From Candidatus Auribacterota bacterium (lineage in GTDB: Bacteria > Auribacterota > UBA6266), in assembly GCA_023136205.1 (NCBI GenBank), contig JAGLRQ010000061.1, forward strand, positions 1 to 8,222: DNA of 8,222 nt, in the 5' to 3' direction. Numbering within the stretch: the stretch's first letter is position 1; each line of letters opens with the position of its first letter. This document shows positions 1-5,664 of this stretch, piece by piece. A program made the translations under genes and the position numbers. The notes below the pieces were generated by a model that was not told the origin of the DNA, ran no database searches, and was given only the letters and a program-made list of their open reading frames with translations.

Positions 1-1
1 A

Positions 2-1807
2 AATATCGAGATTGGGGTAATGCTTACGTTTCCCGGAGTTTATGTCGGAGAGAATATCAGTGAACGCCAATTTAAGAATTCTTCTATTAGACAGAAAGAT
101 ATAACCGGCGTGGTTATGAGGTCTAAAAAAGGTATTGGCGAGTGGTGTATTGCTTCTAAGGAATTAGATGGAGGGCCTGTTTCATATACGACGAGTTGGA
201 ATGGTGATGGGAGTGGCGCGGATATCTGGGGGCAGTTTAAAAGCGGCGGTGTTTTAAATAACGGAAACCTTGATGATTCTCATAAAGCTGCCGCGATAGC
301 GGTGAATTTTAAGCTTAAACCGGGAGAAGAACGTATTGTTCCTTTTGTTATAGCCTGGGATTTTCCGGTGGTGAAGTTTAATTCCGGGACTGAATGGTGG
401 AAAAAATATACGCAGTATTTTGGCCGCGGCGGAGATAATAGCGCGGCTATTGCTAAAGAAGCATTGAATAATTACGGAAAGTGGGAAGAGGAAATTGATG
501 ATTGGATGCGTCCGGTTATTAATAATAAAAAATACCCGGATTGGTTGAAATGTGCCGCTTTTAATGAATTATATTATAACCAGATTGGTGGATGTTTTTA
601 TGAAGCGGGTTTAAAGAGCGGCCATGACCGAGAATTTATGGGGCTTCACGAGGATGACCATAAGCATTATGTTATGGAAAGCCCGGTGTATACTTCCGCG
701 AATACACTTGATGTAAGACACTATTCTTCTATTGTTTTTGCGAAGTTCTGGCCTGAGATTGAACGTGATACTCTGAGATGTTTTGCTGACGGGACGCTGT
801 ATTTTCAATTCGAGAAACCCGTTCCGAAAGGGCTTGTTCCTCATGATGTTGGAGATCCGAGAAAATGCGATCCTTATTTTAAATTTGATGTGTACCGCCA
901 GGATATTCCCGGCCTTGTGTACTGGAAAGATTTATCACCGAAATTCGTACAGCAGTGCTGGCGTTATTATTATCTTTATAAAGACAGTGATTTTTTGGAC
1001 TATGTGTGGCCCGCTTGTAAAGCTGTGTATAGTTTTATGAAATCAACAGATAAGAATAAAGATTATTTGCCGGATAATAGCGGATCGGACAATACATATG
1101 ACGCGTGGGGTTTATATGGAACAAGCCTTTTGTGCGGTGGGCTCTGGGTTGGCGCGCTTGAATGTTTTGAGCAGATGGCAATGGTTAAGAAAGATCCGAT
1201 TTTGCCGGAGGTGAGAAAGTGGCTGAAGAATGCCAGGGAGAATCTTAATGCCCAGCTGTGGATGCCCGGTAAAGGTTATTATAAAATCGATACCGAAGGC
1301 AAATTCCCGACTGCTATTATGAGTGACGGGTTGAATGGTCAGTTGTATTGCGGTAAATATGGGTTGGCGGATATTTTACCCGCGGAAAGAATAAAAGCTC
1401 ATTTGCTTCAAACGTTTGAAAGGTGCGTGAAGCCGATGAAAGATTATACAGGAGACGGTGTTGGAGATATTGGAGCAATAAATGCTATTAAAGAAGACGG
1501 AACTTTGATTGGGACCCTGCAGTCGGATGAAGTCTGGACAGGTTCAACATATTTTCTTGCGGCTTTGATGTATGATGCCGGATTAAAAAAAGAGGCATTA
1601 CAGACTGCTTACGGCGTTTATTTTAATACGTATGAAAATCCCCGGACAGCATTCTGGTTTAACACCCCTGAAAGCTGGCGGGTACCTACCATGAAGGCGC
1701 GTCCATCGGGGCCGGAACAGTATCAAAGGCCCCGGGCTGTATGGGAACTTCTTTTGGAAATTGATGATCCATTTTTAGCATATCCTCCGTCAAAATCAAA
1801 AAATTGA
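2..1807 (+). CDS. Glycoside hydrolase family 116 (GBA2-type non-lysosomal glucosylceramidase / beta-glucosidase), 5'-partial. The reading frame is open to the window edge, so the Met at 20 is probably internal.
   Basis: Frame 2 has no stop from nt 2. Long stretches resemble human GBA2 as I remember it: PFVIAWDFP...YGKWEEEIDDW...YPDWLKCAAFNELYY (GBA2: AWDMP...YAEWEERISAW...WYKSALFNELYF). VMESPVYTSANTLDVRHYSS aligns with the LEGQEYRMYNTYDVHFYAS nucleophile region (Glu at nt 677-679). DNTYDAWGLYGTSLLCGGLW aligns with DQTYDGW...YCGGLW (acid/base Asp at nt 1100-1102). Stop TGA at 1805-1807. Confidence 0.85.
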   Translation, partial: NIEIGVMLTFPGVYVGENISERQFKNSSIRQKDITGVVMRSKKGIGEWCIASKELDGGPVSYTTSWNGDGSGADIWGQFKSGGVLNNGNLDDSHKAAAIAVNFKLKPGEERIVPFVIAWDFPVVKFNSGTEWWKKYTQYFGRGGDNSAAIAKEALNNYGKWEEEIDDWMRPVINNKKYPDWLKCAAFNELYYNQIGGCFYEAGLKSGHDREFMGLHEDDHKHYVMESPVYTSANTLDVRHYSSIVFAKFWPEIERDTLRCFADGTLYFQFEKPVPKGLVPHDVGDPRKCDPYFKFDVYRQDIPGLVYWKDLSPKFVQQCWRYYYLYKDSDFLDYVWPACKAVYSFMKSTDKNKDYLPDNSGSDNTYDAWGLYGTSLLCGGLWVGALECFEQMAMVKKDPILPEVRKWLKNARENLNAQLWMPGKGYYKIDTEGKFPTAIMSDGLNGQLYCGKYGLADILPAERIKAHLLQTFERCVKPMKDYTGDGVGDIGAINAIKEDGTLIGTLQSDEVWTGSTYFLAALMYDAGLKKEALQTAYGVYFNTYENPRTAFWFNTPESWRVPTMKARPSGPEQYQRPRAVWELLLEIDDPFLAYPPSKSKN

Positions 1808-1844
1808 CAGCGTTGCCGCATAATGTTTTAATTAGATAATCAAA

Positions 1845-3440
1845 ATGTTGAAAAAACAAAATATGCCGGAAAAATTGACGATAGATTATCTTTTTACCAA
1901 AGCAGCGCAGCGCTTTCCTCTCAAAATTTGTTTTCAGTTTGAAAAGGACGGCATATGGCGCAGGTATACCTATGCCAGGGTCGATAACCTTTCGCGTAAA
2001 ATGGCTGCTTTTCTAGTAGATAAAGGGATAGGGAAAGGCGATTTTGTTCTTTTGGTTTTGGATAACGGCTCGGAGTGGGTAGTTTCCTATCTTGGGATAA
2101 TTTATTCCGGAGCCTGCGCGGTTCCGGTTGATCCTCAGATGACAGTAAAAGAAATAGAAAATATAACCGCGGATTGTAAACCAAAAGCCGGTTTTATCTC
2201 AGAACAAGTGCTTTCAAAAGATAATTTTAAACGGTTAAAATCACAGTTAAAAAACATAATTACCGTTGGCCCGGTTAAAGAAGAAAATAATTTTATAAAG
2301 TTTTCGCGGATAGAAGAATACTCTGTATCCCGGAACTTTGATTTTCCGGAAATTTTACCGGACGACATTGCTTCACTTATTTATACTTCTGGAACAACCG
2401 GTGTCCCGAAAGGTGTTATGTTAACCCACCGCAATTTTTGTTCCAATTTCAAAAGCCTTGATAAATTTAATCTTTGCACGGGAAAAGACAATGTTCTGTC
2501 AATTTTACCGCTTTTCCATAGCTATGCTTTTATGACGGGATTGCTCGGGCCTCTTTTAATGGGAGCTAAAATAACTTATTGTCTTAGCCTCAGGCCGGAG
2601 GATATAACCCGTGCCATGAGAGAAAGTGGTGTGACAATTATGCCCGCGGTACCGCAGATCATAACTGTATTACGCAACAAAATTTTTTCAAAATATGACG
2701 AGGCGCCGGCTATTCTTAAACCGCTGATTCTCTTTTTTACAAGAATCAGGGTCCGGAAGATTTTCGGAAAGAATTTTCGGTTGTTCACTTCAGGAGGAGC
2801 GCGGCTTAATCCTGACATAGCAAAGGATATATCAAAACTAGGGATTGGGATGGTAGAGGGATACGGGCTTACTGAAACTTCCCCGGCAGCAGCATTTAAT
2901 CCGCCCGGGAAGGTAAAATTCGGCTCGGTTGGCAAAGCAGTCCCTGATGTTGAAATAAAAATAAATAACCCTGACAGCTCTGGTATAGGGGAGGTGCTTA
3001 TAAAGGGGCCCAATGTGATGAGCGGGTATTTTAAACGGCCTGGCCTTACACAAAAGGTGATAAAAGACGGGTGGTTTTATTCTGGTGATTTGGGATATAT
3101 AGACAGTGAAGGGTATCTTTTTATTACCGGCAGATTAAAGGAAGTTATAGTATTAGATTCAGGTAAGAATATTTATCCTGAAGATCTTGAGGTTCTGTAC
3201 GGCTCTGCCCCGAGCATAAAAGAGCTTTGTGTTTTCTCTGATGGACGGAAAGGCCTTCACGCCCTTATTGTGCCTGACTTTTTGTATCTGCGCGGGAAAA
3301 ACATTACTACTGTTAAAGACGCGGTTAAATGGGAACTTGAAAACATATCGCGAGAGCTTCCTTCGCACTGCCGCCTGATGGGTTTTACCATTATTAAAGA
3401 AGAATTACCGCGGACACGTTTAGGAAAAATAAGAAGGTTT
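1845..3440 (+). other. Domain: AMP-dependent synthetase/ligase (FadD/Aas-like adenylation domain)
   Basis: YTSGTTGVPKG P-loop at nt 2382-2414. Also GYGLTETS, GWFYSGDLGYIDSEGYLFITGRLKEVI, and the C-terminal LPRTRLGKIRR with the conserved Lys at nt 3426-3428. Confidence 0.85.
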
Positions 3441-4496
3441 GAACTTCAGGAGAAATACGGAAAAGAAAAACAGCGTCGAGCTGTGGAAGAAAAAAAGTAC
3501 TCGGAAGATGACAGACTATTAGTCAATCGGGATGTTTCGAGGAAAATATTGATTTTTCTCGGGCAAAAATTGAAAAGGAAAATAATACCGGATGACCATC
3601 TGGAAATAGACCTTGGTATTGATTCGCTTGGCCGTGTGGAGCTTGCTGACGAGCTGGAAAGGCTTCTTAAAATAAAAATCCCGACTGAACTTATAGCGAA
3701 GGTGTTTACTGTAAGGGAACTTTTAAATGAAATTAGCTCGGACGGGAAGACGGTTCCGGACGGCAGGGTTCAGAAAGAAGGTTTTAACTGGAAAGAATTG
3801 TTGGACAAATTGCCTCCGGAAAAAGTTCTTAGTAAAGTCCGGTTGAAGCCGTCAAAATGGGATGAAATTTTAACATTCGCGTTTATAAAATTTGTTTTTT
3901 GCGTGTTTAAAGTATTTTTCCGGTTAAAGGTAGAAGGCAGGGAGAATCTTTCGTGTAAAGGGCCATATATATTATGCCCGAACCACGCGAGTTATCTTGA
4001 CGGATTATTTGTCGCCGCAAGCATTCCGTATAGGCTGGAACTTCATAGCTTTTTTCTTGGATATTCCTATTATTTTGAAAATCCGCTGATAGCCTGGGGG
4101 ATAAAACTCGGGCGGCTTATTTCAATAGATCCAAATGTACATCTTGTAGAAGCTATGCAGGTATCTTCCTACGTTTTAAAAAACGGCAAAATTATGTGCT
4201 TTTTTCCCGCCGGGGGGCGTTCAATCGATGAAAACGTGCAGGAGTTCAAGAAAGGTGTGGGGATACTGGCGAAAGAATTAGATATACCTCTGGTACCTGT
4301 TTTTATAAAGGGCGCTGTTTTTGCCTGGCCGCGGCATAGAGGTTTTCCCCGGCCTTATCCGATAAAGGTTGTTTTTGGATCCCCCTTATCTGTAACTGAA
4401 CTTTTGGAAAAGTCGAAAAAGGGTGAAAAAGACGATTATGGAAGAATTACTTCTGCCCTGAGAGATGAGGTTGTAAAACTGAAGGAAATCAATTGA
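1845..4496 (+). CDS. Three-domain fusion protein of 883 aa: long-chain acyl-AMP/CoA (or acyl-carrier) ligase, phosphopantetheine-binding carrier domain, and PlsC-type (lyso)lipid acyltransferase.
   Basis: Single uninterrupted 883-codon ORF. It carries adenylate-forming motifs, a DSL carrier-domain motif and HX4D acyltransferase blocks (detailed in the domain features below). The start could instead be the ATG at 1863 (MPEKL...). Neither start has a clear SD. Confidence 0.85.
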   Translation: MLKKQNMPEKLTIDYLFTKAAQRFPLKICFQFEKDGIWRRYTYARVDNLSRKMAAFLVDKGIGKGDFVLLVLDNGSEWVVSYLGIIYSGACAVPVDPQMTVKEIENITADCKPKAGFISEQVLSKDNFKRLKSQLKNIITVGPVKEENNFIKFSRIEEYSVSRNFDFPEILPDDIASLIYTSGTTGVPKGVMLTHRNFCSNFKSLDKFNLCTGKDNVLSILPLFHSYAFMTGLLGPLLMGAKITYCLSLRPEDITRAMRESGVTIMPAVPQIITVLRNKIFSKYDEAPAILKPLILFFTRIRVRKIFGKNFRLFTSGGARLNPDIAKDISKLGIGMVEGYGLTETSPAAAFNPPGKVKFGSVGKAVPDVEIKINNPDSSGIGEVLIKGPNVMSGYFKRPGLTQKVIKDGWFYSGDLGYIDSEGYLFITGRLKEVIVLDSGKNIYPEDLEVLYGSAPSIKELCVFSDGRKGLHALIVPDFLYLRGKNITTVKDAVKWELENISRELPSHCRLMGFTIIKEELPRTRLGKIRRFELQEKYGKEKQRRAVEEKKYSEDDRLLVNRDVSRKILIFLGQKLKRKIIPDDHLEIDLGIDSLGRVELADELERLLKIKIPTELIAKVFTVRELLNEISSDGKTVPDGRVQKEGFNWKELLDKLPPEKVLSKVRLKPSKWDEILTFAFIKFVFCVFKVFFRLKVEGRENLSCKGPYILCPNHASYLDGLFVAASIPYRLELHSFFLGYSYYFENPLIAWGIKLGRLISIDPNVHLVEAMQVSSYVLKNGKIMCFFPAGGRSIDENVQEFKKGVGILAKELDIPLVPVFIKGAVFAWPRHRGFPRPYPIKVVFGSPLSVTELLEKSKKGEKDDYGRITSALRDEVVKLKEIN
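3510..3764 (+). other. Domain: acyl/peptidyl carrier protein-like (phosphopantetheine attachment site)
   Basis: HLEIDLGIDSLGRVELADELERLL. The DSL serine is at nt 3624-3626 (aa 594). It is followed by the helix pattern typical of ACP/PCP (IPTELIAKVFTVRELLNEI). Confidence 0.7.
3858..4400 (+). other. Domain: hydrophobic anchor helix plus PlsC/LPLAT-family acyltransferase
   Basis: WDEILTFAFIKFVFCVFKVFF hydrophobic segment at nt 3858-3926. Block I NHASYLD (His 3984-3986, Asp 3999-4001). Block II-like GIKLGRLISID. Block III variant FFPAGGRS (nt 4200-4223). Block IV IPLVPVFIKG. Confidence 0.8.
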
Positions 4497-4520
4497 CTTT
4501 TTCTTTTTTTCCGCTATATT
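4493..4520 (+). promoter_or_regulatory. Candidate sigma70-type promoter for the C39 peptidase gene (TTGACT-16 nt-TATATT)
   Basis: -35 TTGACT at 4493-4498, overlapping the stop codon of the upstream gene. -10 TATATT at 4515-4520 with a 16-nt T-rich spacer. It lies about 60 nt upstream of the ATG at 4580. Hexamer match only, with no experimental support. Confidence 0.4.
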
Positions 4521-4579
4521 GTTTTACGCTGAAAATTGAACTGCCCGGTGGGCTGAGATTAAATAATATTAGGTAAAAT

Positions 4580-5092
4580 ATGGTACTTTATAACTGGCGT
4601 AGAAAGCATAAAAATCATGCTGTAGTTATTCCAAGATATAAGCAAAGAACAGATTATGATTGCGGCCCGGCGTCGCTGAAGATGGTTTTGGCACACTATG
4701 GCAAAAAAGTTTCCGATGTAAGGCTAAGAAAACTCTGCAAGACATCAAAAGGGTATGGCACGGGTTCAACGGCAATGATCAAAACCGCCAGGAAACTGGG
4801 TTTTTCCGTTGGGCATAAAAATAACGCGAAAATTGACGATCTAAAGAAAAATACACTTCTTCATCATCCGGTTATTATACATTATGTTGCCTGGGGCGGG
4901 GGGCATTATTCCGTTGTAATAGGAGTGAGCAAGAAACATATTCTTCTGGCAGATCCTTCGAAGAAGGGTGTCGTAAGAACTGTAAACCGCTCAAGGTTTT
5001 TAAAGTACTGGGTGGATGAAAAAATTACTGACAAACATCCTTACAGAAGGTGGATGATGGTTGTAAAACCCAGGAGAAAAAAGCCGGCCTGA
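4580..5092 (+). CDS. Stand-alone peptidase C39 family (bacteriocin/double-glycine leader-processing type) cysteine protease, 170 aa
   Basis: KQRTDYDCGPASLKMVLAHYG matches the C39 signature. The oxyanion Gln lies 6 residues before the catalytic Cys (Cys at nt 4661-4663). The His is in GGGHYSVVIG (nt 4904-4906) and the Asp in ILLADP (nt 4952-4954). The ATG at 4580 is the only in-frame Met upstream of the active site, and a weak AGGT lies 8 nt upstream. Both the N- and C-terminal tails are strongly basic. Confidence 0.8.
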   Translation: MVLYNWRRKHKNHAVVIPRYKQRTDYDCGPASLKMVLAHYGKKVSDVRLRKLCKTSKGYGTGSTAMIKTARKLGFSVGHKNNAKIDDLKKNTLLHHPVIIHYVAWGGGHYSVVIGVSKKHILLADPSKKGVVRTVNRSRFLKYWVDEKITDKHPYRRWMMVVKPRRKKPA

Positions 5093-5300
5093 TATTTTTG
5101 GTTTAACCTTCTTTTGCCTTGCCGATTTCTCCCGCGGCGCTTATGGACATCTTCCCGAAGATAGTCCCGATCATAACACTTCAAATTCAAATATTCTTTT
5201 TAATCACTAAAAACACCATTATTGTCTGCCCCCATTGTCTCAGCCGCTTTGCTTCGCAAAGCGAATCAGCAGGGGTAAAACGATGGAAGCAAAGTTTTTC

Positions 5301-5329
5301 TTGACAATGTTTTTTCGCCGTTTTATAAT
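5301..5329 (+). promoter_or_regulatory. Consensus sigma70-type promoter: TTGACA, 17-nt spacer, TATAAT
   Basis: TTGACA at 5301-5306, spacer 5307-5323 (17 nt), TATAAT at 5324-5329. Both hexamers are perfect at optimal spacing. It lies 33 nt upstream of the DUF134 start codon. Confidence 0.7.
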
Positions 5330-5350
5330 GCACATATGTGCATTATAAAA
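5321..5350. promoter_or_regulatory. Perfect 30-bp palindrome (candidate operator) covering the -10 hexamer and the predicted transcription start
   Basis: TTTTATAATGCACAT|ATGTGCATTATAAAA. All 15 pairs checked by hand (5321 pairs with 5350 through 5335 with 5336). The GC-containing core is TGCACATATGTGCA. The sequence fact is certain, so the confidence value refers to the operator interpretation. Confidence 0.6.
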
Positions 5351-5361
5351 AGAGGGTGTTT

Positions 5362-5664
5362 ATGAGGCCTAAAAAAACAAGGTGGGTAAAATGTGAACCG
5401 GGGGAGAAGTGCTTTCAGCCCCAGTGTAAACCTTTGAGTAAACTCAAAGGGGTTGTTTTGACTATCGATGAATTTGAAGCAATAAGGCTTTCTGATTTAG
5501 AAGGATTGGATCAAGAAAAAATAGCAAAAAAAATGCGCGTACATCGCTCCACGATTTCAAGAATTCTTGAATGCGCGCGTAAAAAAATCGCCGATGCTTT
5601 GGTGAATGTTAAAGCGATAAAAATTGAAGGCGGTTGCTGTAAGATTATAGAAAAAGGTGAGTGA
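5362..5664 (+). CDS. DUF134 (UPF0251) family predicted DNA-binding protein with a sigma70-region-4-like HTH, 100 aa
   Basis: MRPKKTRWV...FQP...VVLTIDEFEAIRLSDLEGLDQEKIAKKMRVHRSTISRILECARKKIADALVNVKAIKIEGG follows the DUF134 pattern (RPxKxRxV ... FKP ... DExEAxRLxDxEGLxQ ... SRxT ... AL ... IEGG). GAGG at 5352-5355 lies 6 nt before the ATG at 5362. The GTG at 5338 used by the ORF track lies inside the palindrome/promoter, so I reject it as the start. Confidence 0.85.
   Translation: MRPKKTRWVKCEPGEKCFQPQCKPLSKLKGVVLTIDEFEAIRLSDLEGLDQEKIAKKMRVHRSTISRILECARKKIADALVNVKAIKIEGGCCKIIEKGE

Noticed and set aside
611-1040. ORFs 611-844 (-) and 783-1040 (+), both overlapping the GH116 gene.
   Set aside because: They lie entirely within a strongly homology-supported CDS in another frame or strand. 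Their sequences are low-complexity with no motifs or SD.
1804-1832. A perfect TTGACA (1804-1809) overlapping the GH116 stop codon, considered as a possible promoter for the fusion gene.
   Set aside because: The only hexamer at 17-nt spacing is TTTAAT, which lacks the critical -11 A. The better-looking CATAAT and GATAAT hexamers are at 9- and 25-nt spacing. This is not enough to call a promoter.
1921-3368. Five antisense ORFs (69-145 aa) inside the ligase-ACP-acyltransferase gene.
   Set aside because: They are shadow ORFs opposite a well-supported long CDS, with no recognisable motifs.
5103-5174. 23-aa minus-strand micro-ORF (MIGTIFGKMSISAAGEIGKAKEG) in the spacer, considered as a possible peptide substrate.
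   Set aside because: It has no convincing SD or promoter and no double-glycine leader motif. ORFs this short arise by chance.
5119-5304. 61-aa + strand ORF (TTG start) in the spacer. It contains a CPHC motif, which is tempting next to a thiol-redox operon or as a C39 substrate.
   Set aside because: It has a non-ATG start, with no SD for either the TTG or the internal ATG at 5143. Its composition looks like AT-rich intergenic DNA. It has no Gly-Gly leader, and its 3' end runs into the -35 hexamer of the strong promoter. A single CXXC in a random ORF is not evidence.
5338-5361. The GTG start at 5338 used by the ORF track for the DUF134 gene (adds MHYKKRVF).
   Set aside because: It lies inside the palindrome and the predicted TSS region. 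The ATG at 5362 has a GAGG SD at proper spacing and gives the family-typical MRPKK N-terminus.
5526-5533. An A8 homopolymer in the DUF134 gene, and a G5A8 run at 6750-6762 in the permease gene, considered as possible slippage or phase-variation tracts.
   Set aside because: Both are read in frame as Lys-Lys or Gly-Gly-Lys-Lys within conserved protein contexts. Runs of this length are expected in low-GC coding DNA. There is no sign of frameshifted continuation.
5629-5640. The Gly-Gly followed by Cys-Cys at the C-terminus of the DUF134 protein, considered as a possible C39 double-glycine cleavage site.
   Set aside because: The ...IEGG ending is a conserved feature of the DUF134 family itself. 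There is no LSxxELxxI-type leader context upstream, so this is most likely coincidental.
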